A stretch of DNA of 60,360 bases from Dimargaris cristalligena (taxonomy: Eukaryota): NCBI GenBank assembly GCA_003614675.1, contig ML002244.1, forward strand, positions 1 through 60,360, written 5' to 3'. The notes beneath the pieces were generated by a model. It made no database searches. It was not told the DNA's origin and saw nothing but the letters and a program-made list of their open reading frames with translations. Below, one piece after another: positions 35,130 through 48,360 of this stretch (positions within the stretch are counted from its first letter, which is position 1; the number at the start of each line of letters is the position of its first letter). Position numbers and translations under genes: made by a program.

Positions 35130-36503
35130 ATGACTGTCTACACCACCAACGGATCCACCCGCCCCAGCGATGTCGGTATCCAGGGTATCGAGGTTTACTT
35201 CCCGCGCCGCTACGTCGATCAGGCCGAGCTCGAGCAGTTCGATGGTGTGTCCACTGGCAAGTACACCATCGGTCTCGGTCAGAGCAAAATGGCCTTCTCC
35301 GACGACCGGGAGGACATCGCCTCCTTCTGCTTGACCGCCGTGCAGTCCTTCATGGAGAAGTACCAGATTGACTACAAGGACATTGGCCGCCTCGAGGTGG
35401 GTACGGAGACCATCGTGGACAAGTCCAAGTCCACCAAGACGGTGCTGATGCAGTTGTTCCGCGAAAGCGGTAACTACGCCGTCGAGGGGGTCGACACCAC
35501 CAACGCCTGCTACGGCGGTACCTCCGCCCTGTTCAACGCTATCCACTGGGTCGAGTCGTCGCACTGGGATGGTCGTCTGGCCCTGGTGGTGGCTGCTGAC
35601 ATTGCCGTCTACGCCAAGGGAAACGCCCGCCCCAGCGGCGGTGCCGGTGCCGTCGTGATGCTGGTCGGTCCCAACGCCCCCCTGGTGATGGAAGCCGGTC
35701 TGCGCAGCACTTACATGGATCACCTGTACGATTTTTACAAGCCCGATCTGTCCTCCGAGTTTCCCGAGGTCGACGGCCCTCTGTCGGTGGTCAGCTACGT
35801 CAAGTCCGTGGACGCTTGCTACCGTGGTTTCCTGAAGAACGTCGAACGGGTCGATGGTATCAAACAGGCCAGCCTCGAGAACGCCGCTGATTACATGATC
35901 TTCCACTCCCCCTACACCAAGCAGGTCGTCAAGGGCCTCGCCCGGATGGGCTATGTGGACTACACCCTGCAGCCCGATGCCCCTCAGTTCGAGACCGCCC
36001 AGGCCTTCCGGGAGGTGTCCGAAGAGCAATCCTACACCCTCAAGGACATTGAGAAGACCTTCGTCGGCCTCACCAAGTCCATCTACACCAAGAAGGTGAA
36101 CCCCTCCCTCCTTGCCGCCCGCGATATTGGCAACAGCTACTGTGCCTCCCTCTACTTCGGCCTCGCCTCCCTGGTGTCCGAAGTTCCCTCGGAGCAGCTG
36201 GCCGGCCGCCGTATCGCCGCCTTTTCCTACGGTTCCGGCTCGGCCGCTTCCATGTTTTCGTTCCGCGTCAAGGGCTCCACCGCCCAGATGGCCAAGAATC
36301 TGAGCCTGCGCGATCGCCTCGATAGCCGCACCAAGGTCGCTCCGGATGCCTTTGACCACATCATGTCTCTCCGGGAAAGCACCCATCAGCTCCGTGACTA
36401 TAAGCCCGTCGGTGCCCTGGAAAGTCTCTTCCCCGGTACTTACTACCTCGAAAATATCGACTCCAAGTTCCGTCGCGAATACAAGCGTGTCGAGTCCAAT
36501 TAG
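35130..36503 (+). CDS. ERG13: Hydroxymethylglutaryl-CoA synthase, 457 aa
   Basis: Motifs GKYTIGLGQ, GRLEVGTET.VDKSKS.K, catalytic NACYGGT, YDFYKPD.SEFP.VDG, FHSPY.K.V.K, GNSYCASLY and FSYGSG. Strong Kozak context GCCACCATG at 35130; intronless CDS with strong C-ending codon bias. Confidence 0.98.
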   Translation: MTVYTTNGSTRPSDVGIQGIEVYFPRRYVDQAELEQFDGVSTGKYTIGLGQSKMAFSDDREDIASFCLTAVQSFMEKYQIDYKDIGRLEVGTETIVDKSKSTKTVLMQLFRESGNYAVEGVDTTNACYGGTSALFNAIHWVESSHWDGRLALVVAADIAVYAKGNARPSGGAGAVVMLVGPNAPLVMEAGLRSTYMDHLYDFYKPDLSSEFPEVDGPLSVVSYVKSVDACYRGFLKNVERVDGIKQASLENAADYMIFHSPYTKQVVKGLARMGYVDYTLQPDAPQFETAQAFREVSEEQSYTLKDIEKTFVGLTKSIYTKKVNPSLLAARDIGNSYCASLYFGLASLVSEVPSEQLAGRRIAAFSYGSGSAASMFSFRVKGSTAQMAKNLSLRDRLDSRTKVAPDAFDHIMSLRESTHQLRDYKPVGALESLFPGTYYLENIDSKFRREYKRVESN

Positions 36504-39500
36504 ATCGTTCATTTTAGATCAAGGGTGTCGAGTCTGGGGGACCTTGCATGGTGGTGCCCCTGCTCTAATTTATTATTCCCCATCCTTTTGGTCTTACTTA
36601 ATTTTGCTCTTTAACTTAAACCGACACTGAGGGCATCTATGGTTCCGGGCTCGATATTACTACCCTCTTCTCCTACATACGCTCGTATTACCCATCATGC
36701 CACTCACATTATACTTCTTATTTAATGCTTACACCTTATAAATAATTCACTACTTCACCTTAACCCTTTGGCAATAGTAGCATTATACCATGAATCATCA
36801 GCTACGAAGGTGATATTTGACCCTGGGTATTTCTAAAGATGGAGCATGCTAATACCCAGTTCTATAACTGCGGCAAGGGTTTTATTATCTCCTTGAAATT
36901 AGCTGTATTGGTCGAAATTTATACAAAGCTATGCTTGTCAGGGGGTGTAGTGTGGCGGACCAATGATTCAGCGCGGCTTAAGTACCCAATTTTAAATAAT
37001 TGGACTGAATGAAGGTCCGAAGTACAGCAATACCGAATATTGTCCTGTGAAAGGTTAAAGTAAGTAATCGTTTACCCAATGAGGCCAGTGGGGTATAATG
37101 ATAGGAAATTCGTATCTTAAGGTGACACGCCATTTCCAATGAACCAAGTATACATTGGAAGGAGCACCGATATATTCCCAACATACGATAATTTGGATGG
37201 TGACGGATTTATTTGTGCGACACCTAAGAAAAATGTAGTCACATGGAAGTGAGTAGGCACCCAAGTAGGTCGGCCAAATAATAGTATTTTAGCAGCATCC
37301 AACCAGCCATCCCGAATATAATAGTATACGTATAAGACTGGAATTCAACCAAACAATGTGTTAAATGATATATATACGGGAAAATTGGTGGGGTATGTAC
37401 TTTTTAGTCACTAATGTCGGTCTCATCAAACGGATTTTGCGTTATTTAGTCAGAGTCAACATCTCCAATATGTATATGTATGTACGTATGTGTGATTAGA
37501 AACTCTGGCACATGGAGTGTGCTAAATCTGTGTTGTCACAAGGACAGGGATCCATAGGCTGCTCTACGCCTCCTCAGTCACAATTCCGAGCCCTGTTTCC
37601 TACATCCGCATTGAACATCACCCCAATTATAAACCATCTTTTATTCGGGTTAAATGCTGCACCGCTGGCCATCATTTCCAAATGGGGTAACTGATAATTT
37701 GAGTGACTTCTCACGATCATCTTTCAGGAGCCGGCTTTGCTGATGTTATACAAAGGAATATTTTTAGCTATCCTTATATAATGGACTTGTAGAATTTATT
37801 GCTTTCGGAGGTTGGAACGTTTTACATGCGACTGGATACATCGCATGCGCTTCTATGGACTGCCCAAAAGACACCAGTGTACAGTCGCTTAACTTCCCCA
37901 ATAGCTTGAGGCAGGCGGACTACAGCGCCGTGGTAATGGTTGGGCACCAAACGGGGAATGCGCTAGCTTCTTCATTTTGGGCTGCCGCTGTGCCCACCAA
38001 ACACTGGCTTACCATCTTGGGTTCGTTTCGTGAGTACGAGATCTTAACTTTAAACAGTAATTATACGGCAGGTGGTCGCGATAGCTCGTGAATAGCAGCA
38101 ATAATCACTATGAGAAGCCAGTGTTAGTCGTCCAATGCGTCCTGAAGCAATACACCACTTCGGGCATGTGAAGCTTAGTCAGCGGTCTTTGTATTTTACT
38201 TGCTGAAGCCCAATAAGCTCCCCCCGAGCTAGTGTATATGTGGAAACTGTATAGCACAGGGGGGGGTAACGATACCGCACCTAGCATTGGATTGCGGTCC
38301 CGCAGAAAATGAGGCGGGGTGATGAGCGTGGCCACTTTTTTATTTTCGGGAAATACATTTGCCTGGATTTGGTTCCTTGTGGGTGAGGTAAAGCGCTAGA
38401 CCTATAGTTCCCTAGGCTACGGGGGCGCCGTGTTTTTTAGATGGGGATCTTGGTCACAAGGAGCATCTCAAGCTGTTTTTAATGATTCCTATTAGCCAGT
38501 CCCGCAGCCTAAAATCAGTAGGCCTAGCAAATGAAGCGACATGGTGTTGTTATTCGGTCTGACGACTGGTGCGCTCACTTGTTTTCCAGGTGCCTCTTTC
38601 GCCAGGGAGTCTCGAAATACTATTTTAAGCGACGATGTATTTGTCAATCACGAAATCGGTAAAAAGAGGTTGTTTGGGGTTGTAGGAATAGTTGCTTAGC
38701 AGCCTGCGGGGTATATTCCACTCACTGCTGCCGGAGTTGTAGTTGCACAAATTTGGTTTAAGGGGACAGTCCCGTTTAGACTGGAGTCAAGCCAATCGCC
38801 TGGCATACATAATGTGCGTCAAAGTATCGAGATGGAGGAAGCCTGCACAATCCCTTGATAAAAACCTGGGTTGGATTTCCTATCAGCCAATTACCAGCCA
38901 TCGGGACTTGCAGACATATCTTGGGGACACATGTAAGAGGTGGAATGACCTGGGGGTGTGATTGGCTCCAGCTGTACACCACCATCCGTGTCAATTTTAC
39001 GCACCAGTAATATAATGTGGGAGAAATGGCAGCCCTTGTCGTCGATTCTCCAATGGTAAATTATGGGTACGTATTGGCCAAAAAAGGAATAGTATTAGAC
39101 TCATCGCAAAGAATCCAGCCCGCTAACTAACTTAAAGGGGAATGAACCATCCCCAATATGGCAAATATTTTCGGGGACCCTAGTCAACCCCCGAATTAAC
39201 CCCGCCTGACCATCCCAAGTTCAGCCCCGTTCAGTTACGTACTAGACATCGTCGTATCAGGTCTTGGGCTATTGTATTTTCGAATCAGTCGGTGAATGGG
39301 GGGAGTTGCTCCTTGACCTGCCGCTAGGACGTTCACACGAACCCTGGGCAGGACCACCTGTAGTCCTGTACGGCCACCTATTTAAAATCTTGACCGCAAT
39401 TGGCGAGGAGCTGAGACGCCACCAGACTGCCCTGACGAGCTTGCCCTCAGTGGTTTCTAATGGGTGGAGATAAGGTCAGCCGGTTTGTGGGGAAACTGGG

Positions 39501-39784
39501 CAGCGTGACAGGGTCTGCAAGTCCTGGCAAGGCTATTCTGACAACCGTAAGATTTCAACTGGTGCGAACTCAGAACCAAATAGTTTATGCCTTGTTCCTT
39601 GGATCAACCGAATGTTGTTCCTGTGCATCCCCTGTCCTCATCATCATTGCCCTTGGGAATAAACCGTTTCTACTATCTATTACTTTCTGAGAAACCACTG
39701 GCTCCACAATACGAGCCAGGTATAGTGTCCAGATTACAGATGTTGCCTCCGTTAGGTAAAGTGCGATCCAACGCAGTCACTTGG

Positions 39785-39791
39785 TATAAAA
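39785..39791 (+). promoter_or_regulatory. TATA box of lipase 1
   Basis: TATAAAAGGGA 190 nt before the ATG at 39975. Confidence 0.55.
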
Positions 39792-39974
39792 GGGAACGGG
39801 TGCCCGCTTAGTTAGACCGACAATCAACTTACCAACTCATCTACAATAACAACTCGGCCGCTCCCTCGCTCCAACTTGCTCCATAGCTCTGCTCGCGACC
39901 CTACCGACCACCACCACATCCCCACTATCCAATCCCGATTGATAAATCTCCCCGGCTAATATACCTAAGCTACC

Positions 39975-41319
39975 ATGCAACTCAAGGTAAGTACGACAAC
40001 CAAGTCACCCAAATTTCTTCGGCACGCCTATTCAACTGGATACCGATTCTGTTTCATAATTCGCTCATTGGATTAATCTCATGACATTTCTCTATTTTCT
40101 CTGTACACCCCCCCCCATCAACCCCGATGATGACCATTAGTTGTCCACCCTTCTCGGCTCTGCCCTTCTTCTGGCCGCCATCCCCGCTGCGCATGCCTTG
40201 CCATTGAGTACCGGAGGTGATCAGGGTCTCGCCGTTGCAGACACGGAATTAGCCGAACTCCAAACCAATGCCTAGTAAGTAGCTAGTACATTTTCGTTAT
40301 AATTTTAATTTTAATATATATATAATATAGGCCCATAACTAGTTACATTATAATCCCTACAACCAGCTCAAGACTAACGCTTTTTCAATATTAATTTATT
40401 TCTATTTAAAACCAAACAGCTTCGCTATGGCCGCCTACGAGGATGTCAGCAAATGGAGCTGCAAGAATTGTGTCGGAGGCACTGCCGGTACCAAGTTCGT
40501 GAGTGACTTTTCGAAGTTCCTCTCGGCGACTCGTTGGTACGTGGCGCTACATGAGCCCACCCAGTCCATCATCCTAAGCTTCCGCGGGTCGACCCCTTCA
40601 GATGCCGTAACGTTTGTCACTGACCTGAACATTGAACTCACTCGGTGGCCCAAAAGTGTGCCCGAGTCCAAGGTTCATGAGGGGTTCGTTGAGTCTATGC
40701 TGAAGGGTGTAGATGCGGCCATTGATACCCTTAAGCAACAAGTTGCTAGTTACCCGGACTACCAAATCAAGATTGTGGGTCATTCGCTTGGTGGAGGTAA
40801 GTATATATGTATATAATTGACTTTAATCCAAAAACACACCATACCTCGGTGTTCCTTCCCACCCACTTCTCCCAGACCTCTATTCCCCACAACATTATCC
40901 TATTCGCCTTGCTAATTTTATTTAAATATCAATTTAACCTTTACACAATTTTAATAGCCCATGCTGTGCTCGCGGCGACCCATATAAGTGCCAGTGTGCC
41001 CCAGTGGGTATCCAAACTTCGGGTTTTCACCTACGGCGAACCGCGTGTAGGAAACATCAAATTTGCCCAATACTACGACTCCCTTAATATTCCAACCAGG
41101 CGGGTGGTTAACAAAAACGACATGGTCCCTCAGATTCCCCCCAAGACCCTCGGCTACGCCCACCACGGGTCCGAGGTTTGGATCCGCCCTTCTGACGGTG
41201 TGGCCATTACCTGTCCCGGGGCTTTGCCGAAGGAAAACCAGTCCTGCAGTGATGGCATATCGACTCTGAAATGGAGTATTCCGGACCATCTGCTCTACTG
41301 GAGTGCTGCGTCACATTAA
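39975..41319 (+). CDS. Secreted class-3 (Rhizomucor-type) lipase 1, 294 aa, 4 exons
   Basis: Exons 39975-39986, 40141-40274, 40420-40796 and 40958-41319, all with GTAAGT...AG introns and consistent phase. Signal peptide MQLKLSTLLGSALLLAAIPAAHA; motifs SFRGS, VHEGF, GHSLGGA (Ser), TYGEPRVGN, DMVPQIP (Asp) and DHLLY (His). Confidence 0.93.
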
Positions 41320-42962
41320 GGAACGTAGGATCGCCTTGCCTTACCCTTTAAATGGGATACAGCCCGCCAACTAACGTGTACAGGCAGAACTGTTCTATAT
41401 ATATATATATATCCTGCTATTTAATTAAGTATGTATAATCGATATACAGCACCGGAATCTAATATTTAACCCGTCAGGCAATATCTAGGGCATTAGTAGC
41501 TGTATCCAGATCACCTTTTATAATCATTTTTTGTTTTCTACTTTGGAAGGGGGGCCGTAAATTACCTGAGATATTTTAGCCAACTAAAATCCATGGGTGT
41601 CCAAATTAATTGTAATTAATATAAACATTATTTTTTGAATATTGGTTGATATGGTGTCTGTGATTTATCTGCGGAATAGAGGGTTCCCTGGTCAGCAATA
41701 TTGTAATAATAACTTGAATAGTGGAGCTGAAGCTATATAAGAGTAAGAATTATCCAGCCATCTACAGGCCATCAACAGTGGCCCATGCTCCATAGTAATA
41801 GCCCGGCCACGGTCACCCAAATCCATATACCTCTAGGGACAATGCCAGTGGCAACTGGCCCTTGTTAATTTCCCCTTGAGCTGCCCAGTTCGTACGGATG
41901 GGGGGGGGGGGCCCTCGGATAATTATTGGGCCAACCTTTCACTGTGTAGGATGTGGCTCCTATTATAACGTCCTCTATTTGAAACATCCTCATCTATACT
42001 TTCTACGATTGATTCATGTTGACTCTTGCCTAATGGAAGGGCCGTTTCACGACCAGCTTTTCACCCAGTGGCGGGGAGGGAAAAAAAAGTCCCTATCTAT
42101 TCTGGAATTCCGGATAACTCATGGACGACTCATTGGGAAAATTGTTTACCCATTCATTGTCCCTGTTGGAGTAATGGGGGAGGGGGGTTGGAAATTTCCC
42201 AATTAAAATATTCTATCGCTACAGATTGGTCATTCCAATACTCCAAGTCAAACTAGGGGGGACAGCCCCTCCTCCCTCCTCCTTATTTTTATCTGCCTTG
42301 TTGGCTCATACGCATAGCAGCCTTCATCTCTACCTTGAATACAGATTTCTTGGCACGGGATACGACAACTAAATGGTACGGCTTACATTGGGCGGTTGCT
42401 TTACCATATCGCGCTGCCTTTTATATCCTTATAATTACTGCAAGGAGGTCTTTCGAATAGTAAAATCGCTTCTTGTTTTCATACAATCCTTATGGCATAT
42501 AATAATCCGCAATCCTTTCCTTTCCCTTGCATTAGTTTATTTTACATATTTATGTGGTATTAATTTTTATAATATATTCTCCAACCTTATACCTTCCCTA
42601 ATTATATTTTTCTCATTCGTTACAGTCTGCTCTCAAATAATTTTTATTTTATCCAACCTGCATTTGCTATATAAGCAACAGCTCTTCATTTAGATATCAA
42701 TGAAAATATTATTGGGTACTCTCGGTTCATTTGGTGTGCAGACTTAACAATTCCTGTCATCTACACGGGTGAGTTTTTTTTATTATGCAAGTAAGTCTAC
42801 CTAACCCGTGTTCCTTGTACATTAGAGTCAGTCGGTTTGGTGGCCACTTGGGAAGCGGCTCCTCTTTTGTTTAATGTCTACTTGGCCACTTTAAAATGGT
42901 CTCTAATATGCAACATAAACCCTTTCATTATTTCTATGACACTATACCTAATTTACCAGTAT

Positions 42963-44282
42963 ATGCGACGCACATTTGTGGTGTTTCTAGGTATAACATG
43001 GCTGGGTTCCCAAACGGCCGGGGGTGCACCCACAACCCCTACCTCGACCACCGTCTCGTCATCCCCAACTCAGATAGCCAGTTCCACTACTACAGTCGTG
43101 CCAGCCCTCACCAATCCCCCTCCAATTCAGAATTCCAGCTCTTCTTCAACAAGCCCCCCCCCTCCCTCTTCGACTGCGACAACCGTGTCCGCTACCAAAA
43201 ACCCCAATCCTGCACCATCGGCACTGTCTCCAGCCCCAAGCTCGGCTGCTTTTACCTCGACCTCAATCATCGACCTGCCTCTCAAACTTGGTTCGGATGA
43301 GATTAATCACCTAAAGAGCTATGTTGAGTAAGTACTGTGTTTTAATTATCACTCTGAATCTTTGGGATGCTGGCACTTGGGAGGCTTAGACTTGTAGCGT
43401 CCCCTACCTATTCAGCAATGATTTTTCGGGAATTCTCCATCCCTCTCCGACTATGGACTGGTCACCAAAATCCCTTCGCGCTAATTTGCCACACGTCCCC
43501 GTATTATACTTTCATAAAAAAACACCAGTTATGCATTTGCTGCCTACCGTATCAACAGCATGGGTCATAAGGATATCCTTCTCAAGGGAAAAGGCACTAG
43601 CGGTGCACAACTCGAGTACGTCTTTATGTATCCGAAGGAACCGGCCATTAATGGCTATATTAGTACGGATGCGAAAGCCAAGACTATCACCATCGCCTTC
43701 AAGGGAACCGACACATCCTCTGATTTGCTGACGGCCCTTCATGTCACCCTAACCAGTTGGCCCGCCAATACAGCCAGCAAAGTCTATAGCGGGGCTTTGA
43801 ACGGTTACCAGACCCACGGCCCGGCTATCGTCGCGGAGCATAAGAAACTGGCGGCCCAACACCCGGAATACCGTTCCGTGATTACCGGCCATTCACTGGG
43901 GGCGTTACACGCCACCCTCTACGCCTTCGACAACTACGGGACAATGGGATCCGCCCCCTGGGAAGTGATCACCTTCGCCGCCCCCAAGGTCGGTAATGAC
44001 GAGTTTCGCCGACTCTGGCAGGCTAAAGGGATCCCCACTGCACGGGTGGTCAATCCCTTGGACATTGTCGTACATTGGCCTTTCTGGGGTAATGAATTTT
44101 GCCACGTTAGTCCACCCGTGCTCATTGATGAAAAAACTCAGGATACGTTTCGGTGTACTTTCGATTCGACCCCCGATGCTCCGGAGATCTGCCAAAGTCA
44201 GTCGAAAATTCCGGGGATAAACCTTAAAGAGCACGGCGAGTTTTGGGGGAATGACGGCACCCAGCTGGGCCCCAAGAACTAG
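42963..44282 (+). CDS. Secreted class-3 lipase 2, 372 aa, with Ser/Thr/Pro-rich N-terminal extension
   Basis: Exons 42963-43327 and 43529-44282; phase-2 intron GTAAGT...CTAAT...CAG, join SYVD-YAFAAY. Signal peptide; motifs AFKGT, GHSLG, TFAAPKVGN, DIVVHWP and C-terminal KEHGEFW. Confidence 0.9.
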
Positions 44283-45280
44283 TAGATGTTGGATAGTTCG
44301 GGCCCTGTCTTCTAGCCTATACGTTGGTCATCGCACCACAAACAATGGCCAGTCGGTATTTATAGGACAAGCCTAGTTGGAGGAGGTTATATGTATTTTA
44401 GAGATGTGGTATTGGTATTATATTTGCTCTATATATTGAATATCATGGTGGTAAGTTGCCACTGAGACTTGGTCTTAGATCCAATTACTATATAAATGTT
44501 TGGTTATTTCACATTGGTATCCGGTACCGTATATATAAAGTCACGAGCCTCTATTTGAGTGTGGTTTTAGGTATGGTATCGTGTATTTATGATTTACTGG
44601 AAGCTGTTATCATATTGGGGCCGCCTATCATTTAATCACCCATTACTACCTCAACTTGGACCACAGCAGCGAATGTATCGAAATGTGGTTGGTATAATAT
44701 AAAACTCACTTTATAAGACTTAATACAATTCGTTTGTTATATTGGGCAGAAAGCTCTCCGAGTTTGTTGCCATTGAATTTTATTACTGTGGCTATGTAAA
44801 CACGAGACATGTCAAGACTTAAATAACGCTATAAATCAGACTAAGGTAGAATATTCGATTGGTAAGTCTAGGATATAATATTATTCTCCCGCCCTTTGGT
44901 TTACCTCCTTTAATTTCTCCCATGGGTGTCCAGAATGTGAATTTATCCGTTAAGTAAACACTGCCACAGCAATCAATGTTTACGTTTTTAACCCCACACT
45001 ACATTACGGCGGGTTCTCTTGTGCTGTCTGTGCGGGGGGTTGATACCTCGAGCCCGCGTAGCGATTACCCTTCCTTTTGAAGGCGACTGGCCTCAACCAG
45101 TCTATTCCAAATGGCATCAACAACCGTATTACGTCTTTCACCGTTCAAACAACCTTATACTTGTCCACCCCTCGTCTTCTCCGTCGGTTTCCATAGCCTC
45201 ATGTCCTCGAGTTAGTCATAGTCTATTTCGTCCATTACCCCCTTTGTAGTTCCCTCTATCCGGGTCTTTGTCCTTTTTAA

Positions 45281-46108
45281 ATGGCCACTCGCTCGCTCTT
45301 AGCCTCGCTTGTCCTATGGGCGTCTGTATATTTCACCGAAGTCAAGCTGGCCGCCGCCACCGCCTTGGCTGGGGTCGAACCGCGGGCCAGTTCGATTCCC
45401 CCCGACCTTCCGCGACCCCCACTCATGGGGGATCAGGTGGCGGCTGGAGTGTTCTTCCTGCTGTTCGGCTTATACTATTACTTTTTCCTGGCGGTTCGTC
45501 GGCCGCATGGGGGACATGGGGATCTGTTATTTTTGACCGGGTTCCTCATCCTCAGTCTCTTAGTATATTATGTGTGTATCAAAGTCCGACCGGCGGCGGC
45601 ATCGGACATGGCCCGACGGGCCATTTATCTTGTTATATCCCTTCTCCTGGGCCTGGTCGGTGGGTTCGTATACCTCGCTTTCTTGCCGGATATCCCGAGT
45701 CGATTTGGGGTGGGTGGGCTAGCGGGGTTCGCCTGGGCCATGGTACTCCTGGCCCTTTGCGATAACGGCTTGTTGGAAGCCAACGCGGCCCGGGGGGTTT
45801 TTATCGCCACTTGGGCCACGTTCCTGGGAACCCTGGCGGCCGTCGTGGTACCGGAACCTGCTTTGGCCGTCAGCACCGCGGTTACTGGGGCCTATTTGTT
45901 GGTTCTCGGTGTGGATTTTTTCGCCCGAACGGGATTTAAAGAACACTTGACGGCTTTCACGCATGCCACCTACGACGACTTTTACCACCCCGGCCGTGCT
46001 GCGTATGCCCTCATTGCCGTGTTTTTTATAATAGTACCGTTTGGTATTCTCTTGCGGATGTTTTTGCACGCAAGAAAGAAGGCATATACACGTCTGGCGC
46101 CATTTTAG
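45281..46108 (+). CDS. Multi-pass membrane protein, TMEM198/TM7SF3 (DUF4203)-like, 275 aa
   Basis: Signal peptide plus ~7 hydrophobic helices. Motifs FLTGF, GGLAGFAWA and TAVTGAYLLVLGVDFFARTGFKE are typical of DUF4203 proteins. Confidence 0.8.
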   Translation: MATRSLLASLVLWASVYFTEVKLAAATALAGVEPRASSIPPDLPRPPLMGDQVAAGVFFLLFGLYYYFFLAVRRPHGGHGDLLFLTGFLILSLLVYYVCIKVRPAAASDMARRAIYLVISLLLGLVGGFVYLAFLPDIPSRFGVGGLAGFAWAMVLLALCDNGLLEANAARGVFIATWATFLGTLAAVVVPEPALAVSTAVTGAYLLVLGVDFFARTGFKEHLTAFTHATYDDFYHPGRAAYALIAVFFIIVPFGILLRMFLHARKKAYTRLAPF

Positions 46109-46574
46109 ATTAAGTGGACCGAACTTTTGAAAAGGTATCCCCAGAACAGTATTGGCAATTGGGGGTTCGCCTCTTTATTTCGAACCTGTCAGACCATTTA
46201 TATTTATTCATATCACTAGTAAATCAATTACCCTTTTATACACGGTCCATTACTTGAATGATTACAGATCTCTCTATTGGCTGATAGTTGAATACAGGGG
46301 TACGCTTGGCTGTAGAGTTAGCGAAATGCTCGATTAATGAGAAGGACATTGCCCGTTAAAAATAAATATACATCTGGCTATGTAGCCTGATTGAGCCTTT
46401 CCTATAGCATTGCTAATGAGGCTAGACATTTCTTTGTGGCTCTTTCAATGTCTAATCAACACTAATCAAACTTTAGTCATCTTTCTCAGTATAATATCAT
46501 TGAAGGAACTTGCGGTTATTACTACACAGCACTTGTGTGCATAGTCACACGGGTGTCGGCTGAAGATCCTTAAG

Positions 46575-46718
46575 ATATGGGAGAAGTTCATCCAAGCTGT
46601 ATAACGAAAAATCCATTAGATTCGGCCAATATTACTAGTTAAAAATAAATTTCCCATATATTCTCCCATACACATATAATGCAAACCCTTATATAGCTGG
46701 GCTGAATTTCACCCATAT
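46575..46718. mobile_element. 144-bp MITE, copy 3
   Basis: ATATGGGAGAAGTTCATCCAAGCTGTATAA ... TTATATAGCTGGGCTGAATTTCACCCATAT. Same length and colinear with copies 1 and 2. Confidence 0.88.
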
Positions 46719-47791
46719 TAACTAAGACAGTCATCAGTATTCATGTAGAGGGATACACAGCAGCAGTAAGGCACCCATTCCAAGGCAGTTAGTGGAGACA
46801 TATTCTGTAGGAGACCCTCCAATTACTCAGATGATCGCCAACTAAATAAGGGGGCTATGAAAAAGTCAATAAGTCTGGGGAGGTCATGGATTAATAACAC
46901 CCGCACGATGTGGATGTCTTTACAAGAACCTACAAGCCACTTTCCCAAGTATTGTATATGGTCACAGTGAAACGACGTGACATGTGCAGTGGCTAGGGTG
47001 CGTCCAGGCCAGAGCTCTATTTTGAGGCATTCCATCATAAACTTAGGCCGACCAAGGGTTTCCGCCTGGCCAGATTAGGGGGTGACTATAACTAATATCC
47101 AAGATAGGGCATCGCATGGTTATTAGGAAGAACGAAAAGGCTGGTACTTCCTATGTTGATGTTTGTTTATTCTGGTTCACAGGTATCTTATTATACAATA
47201 TACTCCTTGACCTTGCCATCAACCCGCTCGCCCATTAACTATATACTCTGGCTTACTCACATGCGAGTTTCCCCAAACAACAAGCAGCAATTGCCTTAAA
47301 GTGATTTGGATGCCTAGGCGGTGAGATGGAATAAACTCACCCACCCGTTTCATATTGGACAACATGTCCGGACATCTGTGGAAAACTTTCGCCATCTTTT
47401 ATGCTGTACCTACTATAATACTCAGGATAGTGCTGCTCGGGTGGCATCAACAAAAGTCACTTAACCATCCCAGTCATTCTTCCAGCTCATCTGGCTTTTC
47501 GTAAAACAATTTATTCAGTCAAATATACAAATACACCAGTTGGATCCACCAATGCGGTGACTACTATTATTACTATTTGTAGCTAACTAAATGCAGGTCC
47601 TACCAGCAAAGCACCTGGACAAAATTATTAGTAGACCCAGAAAAAATAGCACAATGAAGATGTCCGGGGCTATACGCCAGGAAACATTAGACTGTTAATA
47701 TAATACAAATTCTAATGATTCAGTTGTAGATATAATCAAAAGACGAAAGCCAAAGAATGGTCAGCTCCACTACCTGTTGATTTCAGCTCTT

Positions 47792-48360
47792 GGCCCTTCT
47801 AATACACCTTAATCCAGACCAGGCTGACTGCCCTTATTAGGCCATATAGCACCCTATGTAACTTCCCATGGTCACCCCCAGTACTATGGGATCCTCCTAT
47901 ATCATATAACCCTTCCCCTTCCAAACTCCGCCTCTTTGTACTAATCACTCAATTGCTGATCCAAAGACTCTTCCAATTACTATTAGAATCTTCTAGGTCC
48001 TCACAGCCATCTGGTTGGCTTATTCCTCATAGCATTAACCTTAAGAGTACCTTCCCCCAGGGATCTCCCTCTGGAGTTGTCCCCCACATATATATAACTG
48101 GGCCCCATTGGACTAGTTAGATTCCTTAGCTTATTCTTCCCCTTAGTTTACTCCCAATAAACTCTATATATACTCACTCCCCTTATACTAACTAGTAAGT
48201 GTGCTCACTGCATATCCCTTGCATATACCTGCCATAGCCTTTATTAGTTAGTACTGTGCCCTATACCTAATGCTAGTAGCCTACTTAATTAAGCCTAAGC
48301 CCCACCTACTGTTAGAAGCCTATCCTTGGGACTCTTAACAGACTAAGAGTAGTTAACCTG
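47792..48360. mobile_element. Long-TIR non-autonomous element, copy 2 (left end missing)
   Basis: Colinear with 2252-2823, sharing e.g. GTCACCCCCAGTACTATGGGATC, CTATATCATATAACCCTTCCC and GTTAGATTCCTTAGCTTATT. Ends in the right TIR ...GACTAAGAGTAGTTAACCTG. Confidence 0.85.

Noticed and set aside
35103..36512. 469-aa antisense ORF over ERG13
   Set aside because: Shadow ORF produced by the strong codon bias of ERG13; no independent motifs.
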